A stretch of DNA of 44,283 bases from Escherichia phage B2, in sequence record NC_073069.1; one strand, given 5' to 3'. Positions within the stretch are counted from its first letter, which is position 1. Every line of letters begins with the position of its first letter. Below, in pieces: positions 17,784-26,795 of the stretch. A model generated the notes under the pieces. The model saw only the letters and a program-made list of their open reading frames with translations, was not told the origin of the DNA and did not search any database. A program made the translations under genes and the position numbers.

Positions 17784-20426
17784 TCATCGTTTGTACAGTA
17801 CACCACCCGGTTTCGTCGCTTTCACGATCTCGGCCTTCACCGCCTCGGTGATTTGCTTGCCGAACGCCTGCGCGGTACGGGGGTCCGGCCCGCTGACACT
17901 GGTATCCGTTTTACCGGTCCCAGTGTAAACGTTAGTCGTCACGACCATACCACCGCCTGCGCCAGACGCGGCAACGCCCAGTTTACCGTCCGGCCCGCGC
18001 TTCAGTGGCATGATGGCCTCGGGTCCAGCCTCACCCATCAACCCTGCGCCCTTAGCGAACGCCTGGACGCCATAACTGAAAAAGGTAGGCTGGCTTACCA
18101 CTTTCCCCGAATAGGCCGCTAGATTGCCTCCTGCGTACGCTCCGCCGTCCGCATTCTTAGTCAGGCCAGAGAAGATAGCGCCGAACAATCCGTTTTTGCC
18201 GCCGTCACCACCGAATGCGCTAACGATGGACTTGAATGCCTGCGATGTAGCCAGCTTGATTAATTCGCTCAGGATGGATTTGACCATATCCTTCGCGTTA
18301 ATCTTGCCCGTCTCGAAAAACTCGTTCATCGTGTCTTGCATAGCGCTGAACGTGAATTTAGTGAGCGACGCCATCTGCGTATATCCGTTACCCATTTCAT
18401 CCACGCTATCCTTAAGCCCGCGACTGAATCCATCCCATAGCGAGGCGTTAGCGCCGGTCTGCGCCTCCTGCACTTCCCGCAGCTTAGACACCGCCTTGTC
18501 TATATCAGTATCGTTAGCGCCAACCCTCTTCAGACGGTCGATTAGCTGCAATTCTTCGCGCAGGTTTGCCGCTTCGCGAGTGGAAAGCGCATAGCCCGCG
18601 GCGGTAGCTTTTAGTTCGGCGTTCTGGTTCTTAACGAAGGCATCGATCTGCGCGTGCGCCTTAACCTGCTTTTCTTTCGCGTCCAGCAATTTGGCTTCTT
18701 CGACGATCTGCTCGCGCACTTCCTTCACGCGTCCGAATTCTGCCATCTGCTGCTTTTCGGCCGCCGTTAGCGCTCTTTCTTTGCTCGCGGCGATTAACTG
18801 CTCATTGTCGGCGATCAGCTTGTTTAAGGCCGCTTGAGCGCGTTGCGTGCGGGTCTGCGTAGACGCGTTGGCTTCGATCTGCCTGCCGGATTCTCGAAGC
18901 TGGGCCAGTTCGCTCCGTGCGACTTCCAGCATTTTCATACCGGCATCCACGCGAACAGCCGCGGCCTTCTTCGGGGCCGGGTCTTTGTAACGCTCGTTTA
19001 CCTGCTTAACCGCCTCAGCAAGCTCTTTCTCGTCAATAACGCCGCGCTTATTCAGCAAATTGAGGCGGGCGATCTCGTCTGCGCGCTTCTTCGCGTTGGT
19101 TGCGTACTCCTTCTCGAACGCGGCGCGGTCACGGGCAGTGCGGTTGGCCTCCTCGTTCGCCTTTGCGGATTCGTCTGCGGCGCGGGCGTTGTCTCGCTCC
19201 GCACGGTTACGCAGGGTTAGCGACGCCACCACTTTTTCCTGGGCGACCAGTTCGCTGTAAAGCATGTTAATACGTGCTTTCTGCGCTTCAGTCATTACCC
19301 CACCGGCAGCGTTTACCGCTTTCATCTCGGCATAATAAGCCGTGGTCATGCGCTGCAATGACTCACGCGCTTTCATCTCTGACTCATTCGAGGACTGCGC
19401 GCGGCCCACATCCAGGATGGCATCCCACATTGATTTGGCTGCCGATGTGACGACGTTCATCGACCGCTCAAGCGTACCCATGTTGGACTTGATTTCATGG
19501 GTCATGCTGGTGAACGACGCAGCGGCTGTTTTGTTAGCCAACGCAACTGCGTCTGTCTCGCGACCCGCATCAACGAGCGACTGTACCTGCTGGATCTGCG
19601 CTTCGTTTACGACGTGATACTTATCCGCCAGCGCACGCAGTCCGCCAACGGGGTCGGTTGACAGCTTCGCCACCGCCGCTACCACATCCTCGATCGGCTG
19701 GCTGGACACCTTCGCGAAATCATTAACTACCTTAGCCAATGCGCCGAAGTCACCGCCCGCTTTCACACCCGCCGCCGCCAGCGCCTGGATTGTGTCACGC
19801 GTCTTGCGAAATGACCCGCCCATGCGCTCGGCGTTCTCGGACAGCACCAGGATCTGGTTAGCGGTGAGGCCGGAGATATTACCAGACAGCGCCAGCGTCT
19901 TATTAAGCGCCGCTACCTGGTTCTCGGCCCGTGACGTAATTGCCACGCCCACGCCTAACGTCGCCGTCACTGCCGCAAGTCCGATCCCTACTGGGCCGAG
20001 GAAGCCCGCAACATAACGCAGCGTGTTACCCAGTCCGCCAAACGCCCCAGTAAGCTGCGGTAGCTGCTGAAGCATAACGCGGTGCACCGGCATACCCATC
20101 TCAAGCGTTACCGCAATATCCTGCAACTGGAATGCGGCGTTCCGCGATGCGAATCCCAGGTTTTTGGTCGACATGCCTAATCGGCTGGCGAGTCGCTCCT
20201 GTTTCGTCATGCCATCTGCGGCACGCTGCGATTCAGTCGCTAACTTTTCCATTCCGCCCGCGGCGTCGCCAGTAACCTTTTTCGACTTGCCGAGTGTGTC
20301 GTTTAATTTCTTTACTTTCTGTTCTGTGTTCTCGGATTTCTGCGCAAATGTGTCCAGCACAGTATTAGCCGTTTTAATTTGCGCGACGTCCGCCTTGAGC
20401 GTGATGCCCGCTGCCTGATCTGCCAT
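17784..20426 (-). CDS. tail tape measure protein
   Basis: 880 aa, long alpha-helical and alanine-rich repeats, G-rich C-terminus; aggggga SD before ATG 20426. Confidence 0.85.
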   Translation of the reverse strand: MADQAAGITLKADVAQIKTANTVLDTFAQKSENTEQKVKKLNDTLGKSKKVTGDAAGGMEKLATESQRAADGMTKQERLASRLGMSTKNLGFASRNAAFQLQDIAVTLEMGMPVHRVMLQQLPQLTGAFGGLGNTLRYVAGFLGPVGIGLAAVTATLGVGVAITSRAENQVAALNKTLALSGNISGLTANQILVLSENAERMGGSFRKTRDTIQALAAAGVKAGGDFGALAKVVNDFAKVSSQPIEDVVAAVAKLSTDPVGGLRALADKYHVVNEAQIQQVQSLVDAGRETDAVALANKTAAASFTSMTHEIKSNMGTLERSMNVVTSAAKSMWDAILDVGRAQSSNESEMKARESLQRMTTAYYAEMKAVNAAGGVMTEAQKARINMLYSELVAQEKVVASLTLRNRAERDNARAADESAKANEEANRTARDRAAFEKEYATNAKKRADEIARLNLLNKRGVIDEKELAEAVKQVNERYKDPAPKKAAAVRVDAGMKMLEVARSELAQLRESGRQIEANASTQTRTQRAQAALNKLIADNEQLIAASKERALTAAEKQQMAEFGRVKEVREQIVEEAKLLDAKEKQVKAHAQIDAFVKNQNAELKATAAGYALSTREAANLREELQLIDRLKRVGANDTDIDKAVSKLREVQEAQTGANASLWDGFSRGLKDSVDEMGNGYTQMASLTKFTFSAMQDTMNEFFETGKINAKDMVKSILSELIKLATSQAFKSIVSAFGGDGGKNGLFGAIFSGLTKNADGGAYAGGNLAAYSGKVVSQPTFFSYGVQAFAKGAGLMGEAGPEAIMPLKRGPDGKLGVAASGAGGGMVVTTNVYTGTGKTDTSVSGPDPRTAQAFGKQITEAVKAEIVKATKPGGVLYKR

Positions 20427-20494
20427 TATGCAGTCCCCCTTTTTATGCAGTTGCCGTCGGTCATTGTATCAGCGAATTTAAAACAAACCTTATT

Positions 20495-20816
20495 CAGTCT
20501 CAGACGAGGGGGGCCAATAACCCCCGTCTAGTCTGAAAGACTGGGCTTTGTCCCGCCTGTCCCGATCGGCTAAAACCCGCGGCAGCACTGGCGGGGACAG
20601 GGGTGCTGTCCCGCTTTGTCCCGCCTCATTCTGTCCCGCTTTCTGTCCCGTTTGTTTTATGCAGAAAAACTGAATAGGCATTCACATTTTGGGGCGGGAC
20701 AGATCGGGACAGCACCCCTGTCCCGCTTTTAATTTATGCAATGTAGGTGGGTAAATATGCAGTTTTTAGAGGTGCGGGACGGAACGGGACAAAACGGGAC
20801 GTCCCGCCTGTCCCGT
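20495..20816. repeat. hairpin plus GTCCCGC iteron array, copy A
   Basis: First 70 nt (20495-20564) are 68/70 identical to 37292-37361; about 14 GTCCCG(C) units in both orientations up to 20816. Confidence 0.75.
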
Positions 20817-20820
20817 TCCG

Positions 20821-21146
20821 TTATGCGGGGTTCTGCCGCGCCATCTCATCCAGCGCAACGCGTTCCATTAGCTTGATATCTTTAAACGCACGTTGCGCGT
20901 TTTCGATACCGTGCATCTTAAACAGCCATTCTAAAACACCGTAGTCGATGCCGTATGCACCACCGAATCCGGTGCGCCATTGCGTGGAGCAATCTGTGAA
21001 GACTGCGACTACCTTCGCGTTGTCGGGCCATAGCGCAACGGGAGGACACACGTCTTCAGGTGTCGCACCCCATAAACTCGCGGCTAAATCTTCGGAGGGT
21101 GGCGGCGGGCCATAAAAGCGCCGCGCCGCCTCAATTAGTTTTTTTC
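20821..21146 (-). CDS. tail assembly chaperone -1 frame extension (gpT-like part of a G/GT-type fusion)
   Basis: Frame downstream of the G-like gene stays open in -1 from the slippery site through to 20821. Confidence 0.55.
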
Positions 21147-21497
21147 ACGCAACCCCATCAGTTCGAGGTAGTACGACGTATGGAACACGCCGAACGCGCG
21201 CGGGTAGTTGACCACCAGGCGGCGGACGTTCTCCGCGTTAAATTCGTCTGGAAGATTCCAGCCTTCAGCTACGTGCATGATGGCCTCGACCATAACGTTA
21301 AAGCCGTCCGGGTCATTGTCGTCATATTCCGACAACTTGCGCTCAGTATCCTGCATGGTCTGTGAGAATTCGTCGATGGGGCGGTGGCGCACGGTAAACG
21401 TCATTTTGCCTGGTTCGTTTTCGCCGGGGCGCGGGATTTCAATCGGCAGCTTAAAAGTCGGCTTAGGGTCAAGTGTAAAGAGTGGTGCTTTAGCCAT
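21135..21497 (-). CDS. tail assembly chaperone (gpG-like)
   Basis: 120 aa from ATG 21497 with ggaga SD; ends ...GLREKN at a GAAAAAAAC slippery run. Confidence 0.6.
   Translation of the reverse strand: MAKAPLFTLDPKPTFKLPIEIPRPGENEPGKMTFTVRHRPIDEFSQTMQDTERKLSEYDDNDPDGFNVMVEAIMHVAEGWNLPDEFNAENVRRLVVNYPRAFGVFHTSYYLELMGLREKN
21138..21144 (-). other. putative -1 programmed ribosomal frameshift heptamer A AAA AAC
   Basis: Slippery X XXY YYZ heptamer in the zero frame just before the G-like stop; the -1 frame continues into the 20821..21051 ORF. Confidence 0.55.
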
Positions 21498-21512
21498 TGT
21501 AGTATTCTCCAA

Positions 21513-21536
21513 TAAAAAAGGGGCCGTACTGGCCCC
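21513..21536 (-). terminator. intrinsic terminator between major tail gene and chaperone gene
   Basis: ggggcc-agtac-ggcccc on the minus strand followed by ttttttatt. Confidence 0.6.
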
Positions 21537-21566
21537 ATATTAACACCCGCTATTTAAGCGACCAAA

Positions 21567-22292
21567 TTACGACAGCGCCTCAACCAGGTCCTTACGGTAA
21601 ATAACCATATCGGACTGCATGGTCAGAGTGGACTCCACCGTCTCCACGTTGTTTACTTCAGCAGATGGAATCTTCCGGAAAGACACCTTAGCCGGGTAAA
21701 TGCGGATCTCACCTTTGCCGCTTGCCGCTGCCGGGTTAGTGAACTTAATCACAGTGGTTTTCTGTGTGTCGTCCAGGTCTTCCAGAATCGGGCGGATCGG
21801 GTCTTCTTCGTCGTGGGTGAATGTGTAGGTCTGGACCAACGGGTTTTTCGTGGTGTTCAGACTGATCGCGGTATTCACCTGCAACGGCTGGAATGTGGTG
21901 GTCTGCTGGTCGCCACCCGACACGGCAACGTTAGTGATATACGGGAAGTCGACAAAGCTAGATACCTTCACCACCTCACCCGGTGTGCCTGTGCTGAAAG
22001 CGCCGGTAGGGTATTTGGTGACGTCTTTAGTATCGAAGCGCGCCAGTGTAACGTCGTTAGTCGCCACTTTGCCCACAATGAACGCGCGGTTCAGCGCACG
22101 GACCCACGGGGTTTTAGTGAACATAACCACGTCACCAACTTTCAGGCCATGAGAAGCCGCGCAGGTGATAACGCAACCTTTCGTAAGATCAGAGATCGAC
22201 GCGGCGGCGTTGGTGGCTGCCGTAACAGCGATGCCGGTGCCCAGTACGGACCCAATCTGGACGCTGGACCCGTTAGGAAGTTGATAACCCAT
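21567..22292 (-). CDS. major tail protein
   Basis: 241 aa, position upstream of chaperone/tape measure genes, aggagcg SD, terminator immediately downstream. Confidence 0.6.
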   Translation of the reverse strand: MGYQLPNGSSVQIGSVLGTGIAVTAATNAAASISDLTKGCVITCAASHGLKVGDVVMFTKTPWVRALNRAFIVGKVATNDVTLARFDTKDVTKYPTGAFSTGTPGEVVKVSSFVDFPYITNVAVSGGDQQTTTFQPLQVNTAISLNTTKNPLVQTYTFTHDEEDPIRPILEDLDDTQKTTVIKFTNPAAASGKGEIRIYPAKVSFRKIPSAEVNNVETVESTLTMQSDMVIYRKDLVEALS

Positions 22293-22353
22293 AATGAACG
22301 CTCCTGTTTAGATATACGGTTCAATGATACAGCACGCGCAGAATAGCGCCAAA

Positions 22354-22776
22354 TCAGACGCAACAGGTGTAGGGGACTGTAACCACGATGCGGGCGCGAT
22401 CAACATCCTCCACCACTGAACTGGTATAGGGCGCGTCCTGAAGTTGGAAGGCCGCACCGGAAATCTTGACCCCCTGCCACTTATCCGACGTCGCGATGGT
22501 GTCCGCCAGTTCGCTCGCATACTGTGTACCAGTACCCGCGGGGAACACTACGGCAACCTGATAAACGCCTGCATAGATCCGTCCCTTCTGCTGGAAGCCC
22601 ACAAACTGGGTCGGGGCCGGTAGCAGGTACGGCTCCAGGTAGACACCGCTGCCGTTTGCGTGGTCGCCGCTAACGTTCTCCCAGTTAACCTGGATCGGGC
22701 GCTGGCTAGTGCTCAGGTTTACCGATAACTCTTCTACCACGCTGTTAAGCGCTTTGCGGATTGCGGTATTGCTCAT
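22354..22776 (-). CDS. tail terminator-like protein (positional call)
   Basis: 140 aa ORF between the neck-like and major tail genes. Confidence 0.4.
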   Translation of the reverse strand: MSNTAIRKALNSVVEELSVNLSTSQRPIQVNWENVSGDHANGSGVYLEPYLLPAPTQFVGFQQKGRIYAGVYQVAVVFPAGTGTQYASELADTIATSDKWQGVKISGAAFQLQDAPYTSSVVEDVDRARIVVTVPYTCCV

Positions 22777-23369
22777 TATTTCACCTTCGAATTAATTTCT
22801 GCCGCTACGACGCGAACAATCCCCGCGGGCGCTTGTTTACTCCAGCCATATTCAAGTCGCTTCGCGTATGGCACGTTGTTAGTAAACCAGATCGACCCGT
22901 ATTCACCGGAATCGTAATGCGCCAGCACTTCACGCCCCGCGGCTAAGGTTGCCGTTCCCGCCTTGTCAACGCGGTCAATAGCGCCGACAGCCGGGCGATC
23001 AAACGTCACCTGCCAGTTTCCCCGGAAGCGCCCCCCGGTGTAATTCTTCGCGGCCCAGCCGCGCTGGCGGAATGTTACATTGCCGTTTTTAGTCTTGAAT
23101 GATACCAGCACACTGGCGTGCTTCTTCTGTCCACGCTTCAGTTTGCCACCATTCTTGCGACGCTGTGCGGCGTTCACCTTGTTCGCGTGCTGGCGGGCGA
23201 GCGCGTAAGCCCTGTTAATTTTCCACCGGCGGGGGTCGCCCACCGGGGAGATCTCAATAAGGCGTCCAAGTATTTGCATCCCGTACGCCCGCACCGCCTT
23301 ATCGTTGTTCTCCTTCGTCTTATCCACCCACGTAGCAATAGTGGCGGCGAATGAGTAGACCTCAGCCAC
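22776..23369 (-). CDS. head-tail joining/neck protein (HK97 gp10-like, positional call)
   Basis: 197 aa ORF with a basic middle segment; stop/start overlap with neighbours. Confidence 0.45.
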   Translation of the reverse strand: MAEVYSFAATIATWVDKTKENNDKAVRAYGMQILGRLIEISPVGDPRRWKINRAYALARQHANKVNAAQRRKNGGKLKRGQKKHASVLVSFKTKNGNVTFRQRGWAAKNYTGGRFRGNWQVTFDRPAVGAIDRVDKAGTATLAAGREVLAHYDSGEYGSIWFTNNVPYAKRLEYGWSKQAPAGIVRVVAAEINSKVK

Positions 23370-23370
23370 A

Positions 23371-23724
23371 TTAGCCCCTTAGCTGTAATTGAAACAGCAT
23401 GGTTGTGCCGGCCGGTTGCAGGGGGTTGGTATTGATAACCCGGTAGTCTGTATTGTTCAGGCTAACCAAATCCCCGACCTTTACCTGCTTGGCGGCCTGA
23501 CACAAAAACTTCACATCCCCGGCAACGATACGCGTCCCGTCGATCTCGCTTGGCTTGTACTCCTCGCGAAGTCCGATGACGTCAAACGAGGTCGGAGGGA
23601 TGACCACTTCGTCGCCTTCTACGCGGTCGACTGTACCGGGCCGCGTCACCGTAGCCGTCATTCCGAACTTTTTAATCAGCGGATTGACTTTCCGCTTCAA
23701 GCCAGCGTAATTAAAGCCCGCCAT
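23371..23724 (-). CDS. head closure/head-tail joining protein (positional call)
   Basis: Start at ATG 23724 with aggagg SD; 117 aa. Confidence 0.45.
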   Translation of the reverse strand: MAGFNYAGLKRKVNPLIKKFGMTATVTRPGTVDRVEGDEVVIPPTSFDVIGLREEYKPSEIDGTRIVAGDVKFLCQAAKQVKVGDLVSLNNTDYRVINTNPLQPAGTTMLFQLQLRG

Positions 23725-23827
23725 TATCATCCTCCTGTACCGGTGGTTCCGGTTCTGGCGCTGGTTCCGGTTCTGGTTGGCGTTTAGTATTTGCGGCGAT
23801 AATAGCCGCCAGTAATGCAGGATTCAT
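23711..23827 (-). CDS. small proline/glutamate-rich protein
   Basis: 38 aa ORF (MNPALLAAIIAANTKRQPEPEPAPEPEPPVQEDDNGGL) with ggggg SD, exactly filling the gap between neighbouring genes; below the track size cutoff. Confidence 0.3.
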   Translation of the reverse strand: MNPALLAAIIAANTKRQPEPEPAPEPEPPVQEDDNGGL

Positions 23828-23828
23828 A

Positions 23829-24329
23829 TCACCCCCGGAATACGTCAAAATTGCCTGCTGCGTTGCCGTCTGAGTCAATCCAGTGGCCCAGCAAGCCATC
23901 CCACCACGGGAACGAGACACCGCAGCCAATCGTCGCAGGGTCATATTCCATCGTGATCGGGCCAACAGTTTCGCGGATAGTCTCCTTACCACTGCCAACA
24001 GGAGAAATATCGACCTCGTCAGCCACTAACAGCGCCAACCTGTAAACGGCTTGCTCAACGGCAACGGGGATTGATGCGAAGTCTACTATTTGCCCTGCAG
24101 GCACTACTGCCACAACTTCAGTGAGCGTGTCGCGCACCGGCTTACCGTCCGATGGGTAATTGATGCGGGGCCATGCGTCGATGCCAGTCTGGTCTGCGGG
24201 TTCGCCGATCCAGTTTATGCCGTTAAGGAAGTCATTAACGACGGTAAGGTGTCGCGTTGCATCGCCAAGCGTGACTTCAACGCCTCGCGCAGCGGCATAA
24301 TCGACAAAGGTTTGCGGGTCGCCATACAT
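23829..24329 (-). CDS. head-tail adaptor/connector-like protein (positional call)
   Basis: Start at ATG 24329 with aggagtg SD directly after the terminator downstream of the capsid gene. Confidence 0.4.
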   Translation of the reverse strand: MYGDPQTFVDYAAARGVEVTLGDATRHLTVVNDFLNGINWIGEPADQTGIDAWPRINYPSDGKPVRDTLTEVVAVVPAGQIVDFASIPVAVEQAVYRLALLVADEVDISPVGSGKETIRETVGPITMEYDPATIGCGVSFPWWDGLLGHWIDSDGNAAGNFDVFRG

Positions 24330-24343
24330 TTCATTCACTCCTA

Positions 24344-24369
24344 TAAAAAAGGCGGGCATAAGCCCGCCC
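24344..24369 (-). terminator. strong intrinsic terminator after the major capsid gene
   Basis: ggcgggc-ttat-gcccgcc on the minus strand followed by ttttttatagg. Confidence 0.7.
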
Positions 24370-24387
24370 CTTTGGGATGTGCGCCCG

Positions 24388-25488
24388 TTAAGACGCGGTA
24401 GTCTCAGTCAGCGTAACCAGTACGCCCGCCGTTTCCTTGATGTGACGGGTCGGCACTTCCTGTGCGGCCTGGGTCTTACGACGGCCTTTAGTATCGCCGT
24501 CACCAACAGCGCCAACATCCTGAACGGTTGCCGGTGCGTTGTCTACCTGGCCTTGATCCAGTTCCCAGTTAGCGGAAGTGGTGATATCGGACAGCTTGAA
24601 CGAGCGAACGCCTTCGACCGGAGTACGAGCGGACGCCTTCAGACGATAGCCTTTAACCGCCACGTTGAAGTCGAACTCGCCCTGCCACCAGCGCTCAATG
24701 TTCTCGTTACCGCCTTTTTCCTGTGCCAGCATATCAAGGCCGTTGGTGGTGACTGCAACAGCGCCAGGGACCAGACCCAGCATTTTACCCGCGCCCATAG
24801 CATCGGCAGCGGCATCCGAGATAATGAAACGACGGCCCAGGCCATCACCCATTACCTGCAGATCGCCGATCGCGAATACCTGCTCGGCAGACGGAAGCGC
24901 CTGATAAGCGATGAAGTTTGCCCATGTAACGCCGTCCATAAACCAGGACTTAATCAAAGACGCCTGATCGCCGAACTTAGAAGCCGCCAGCGGGAAGTCT
25001 GCCAGGGTCGGGAAGGTACGACCGCCAACGCCGTCTACGCGCGCCGGTTGGGTGTATTTTGCCGCTGCGTTGCTTTCGATCGCCGCTTTACTTGCGCCAA
25101 TACCGGCTTTCAGGTAATGCAGCATAATCGCTTGAGTAGCCTGTGCCGCAATCTCAGCCGCAACGCTGTTAACGTTGGTTTCGATCTTAGCCATCATGGC
25201 CTTAGTGATTGCTACCGGACCCACTTTCGCGGAAAGGTTAACCGAGTTGGTCAGCATACGCGCCAGCACTTTTGCGGTCGCCGGAGTACCGACGGGGGCA
25301 TAGGCGTTACGGTCGGTAACGAGGTTGGCGATCAAGCCTACGGACATTTTTTCTACAACGTCCTTCAGCACTTCACCCGTGCCGAGAACAACAGCGCCGT
25401 TAGCGGCAGCGTTGAACACGTTCAGGTTATCGGGGATCATTTGCGTAACCGCGGTGACGAGTTTACGCTGGAACACTGTTAAAGACAT
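24388..25488 (-). CDS. major capsid protein
   Basis: 366 aa, downstream of scaffold gene and followed by a strong terminator; composition and position typical of a major head subunit. Confidence 0.75.
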   Translation of the reverse strand: MSLTVFQRKLVTAVTQMIPDNLNVFNAAANGAVVLGTGEVLKDVVEKMSVGLIANLVTDRNAYAPVGTPATAKVLARMLTNSVNLSAKVGPVAITKAMMAKIETNVNSVAAEIAAQATQAIMLHYLKAGIGASKAAIESNAAAKYTQPARVDGVGGRTFPTLADFPLAASKFGDQASLIKSWFMDGVTWANFIAYQALPSAEQVFAIGDLQVMGDGLGRRFIISDAAADAMGAGKMLGLVPGAVAVTTNGLDMLAQEKGGNENIERWWQGEFDFNVAVKGYRLKASARTPVEGVRSFKLSDITTSANWELDQGQVDNAPATVQDVGAVGDGDTKGRRKTQAAQEVPTRHIKETAGVLVTLTETTAS

Positions 25489-25585
25489 ATCGAAATCCTT
25501 TGAGTTGTGAGCATTCGCCCAGTACCGTTAATGTTACCTTAGATTTACGCGCTCGCAAAATTGCCCGCTTTCGCGGGCAATGTGC

Positions 25586-26287
25586 TTACTCGTCGCCCAT
25601 CTTAGCGATGATTTCACCGGCCTGTTTCGTTAAGTCAGTGATACCGAAGCTGTGGCCCATAGTGATTTTAGACTTCACATCCTCGACGACCTGCGTCGGT
25701 TTGCTCGGCGCACCACCGGCTGGCGTGCCTGCCAGGACGGATGCAAAATCGGCGTTATTACGGAACTCTTTTTCAAGCTCTTCCATAGTCAGCGCGGACG
25801 GTTTGCCATCCTGCAAGACACGCACCTTCAGGCTGCCGTCTTCGCCGTCTTCCAGCGTGAGGCGGTCCATAACGTGGCGTTGCATGATTCCGGCATTCTT
25901 ACCAAATAGCTTCGATGCCAGGTCTTTGGCAGCGCTGCCGATGGTTAGGTCGTGGATCTGCTTGCGATAGGCTTCGATTTTTCCCGATGTGTCTGCTTCG
26001 TGTTTCGCAAACTTATCTTTCCAGGACTTGTCGATCGCTTCGAGGTCGCCATTTTTGCGCGCGGCGGCTTCCTCTTTCTCTTTCGCAAGGCGCTCGGCTT
26101 CGGCGCGACGTTCGGCTTCTGCTTTCTTCTCGCTAACCAGCTTCGCGTTGTTGTCTTTCAGACCCTTGATCTCCGCCTGTACTTCTTCGGCGGTCATGAA
26201 CGTTGATTTGTACCCGTCACCATCGGCAACAAATAAAGCCTTCATGCCTTCCGGCAACGCGTCATATTCTGCTTTAGTAAGTTTCAT
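25586..26287 (-). CDS. scaffolding protein
   Basis: Start at ATG 26287 with aggggg SD; highly charged alpha-helical KAEAERRAEAERLAKEKEE segment; immediately upstream of the capsid gene. Confidence 0.55.
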   Translation of the reverse strand: MKLTKAEYDALPEGMKALFVADGDGYKSTFMTAEEVQAEIKGLKDNNAKLVSEKKAEAERRAEAERLAKEKEEAAARKNGDLEAIDKSWKDKFAKHEADTSGKIEAYRKQIHDLTIGSAAKDLASKLFGKNAGIMQRHVMDRLTLEDGEDGSLKVRVLQDGKPSALTMEELEKEFRNNADFASVLAGTPAGGAPSKPTQVVEDVKSKITMGHSFGITDLTKQAGEIIAKMGDE

Positions 26288-26390
26288 GCTATCCCCCTGG
26301 GATTGTGGCAAAGCGGGCCACCCGCTTGACTTCACGCCTTAATATTATCAGCGATAAAAATAATCGCAAAATTCGCTTGCATTGCGGATG

Positions 26391-26418
26391 TTGGTTGCAG
26401 TATATTGGTTGCACACCA
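26391..26418 (+). promoter_or_regulatory. tandem TTGGTTGCA motifs upstream of the + strand moron cassette
   Basis: ttggttgcagtatattggttgcacaccaaca; the 18-nt ATTGGTTGCACACCAACA also occurs upstream of the 37075 gene. Confidence 0.45.
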
Positions 26419-26441
26419 ACAGAGATATGAAGGAAGACAAA

Positions 26442-26756
26442 ATGGCTAACATGACCGTAGCAACTCCAGTAGACGCCGCAATGGCCCGTTTCAATAAAGC
26501 TACCGTAGCGAATACCTTTACCTTTCACGCAATGCGTAACGCGGAAGCGCTGAATCTGTGCCAGAGCATGAATGCATCTGAAGCGGCAAAAGCGGCGATC
26601 AACTCCGCGACATTCGATAATCCGGCTTGCGGCCTGGTCCCGGCATCTTTCATAAACGCGCTGGTCGAAGCCTTTAACGATTTCATGTGCGTCGATGCCG
26701 TTGAAGCGGTATGTGCTCGCTTAACTTCCACCGGCGGTAACATCAAATTCAACTAA
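26442..26756 (+). CDS. hypothetical protein (moron gene 1)
   Basis: gaaggaag SD then ATG 26442; about 105 aa, alanine-rich, no recognised motif. Confidence 0.45.
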   Translation: MANMTVATPVDAAMARFNKATVANTFTFHAMRNAEALNLCQSMNASEAAKAAINSATFDNPACGLVPASFINALVEAFNDFMCVDAVEAVCARLTSTGGNIKFN

Positions 26757-26795
26757 ACCAATCGGGGCGAAAGCCCCTAAAATTAGGACACAAAA

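Noticed and set aside
20490-20681. 63 aa minus-strand ORF across iteron copy A, and the analogous 81 aa ORF at 37297..37542 across copy B
   Set aside because: The two DNA copies are homologous but the ORFs are in non-matching frames with repeat-driven low-complexity translations; treated as non-coding
20550-20816. Possible CRISPR array suggested by the many short GTCCCGC repeats
   Set aside because: Units are only 7-9 bp, separated by 2-10 bp, and occur in both orientations; there are no regular 25-40 bp repeats with unique spacers and no cas genes
24379-25482. 367 aa + strand ORF antisense to the major capsid gene
   Set aside because: Exactly antisense to a well-supported capsid gene; C/R/H-rich composition and no SD; typical shadow ORF
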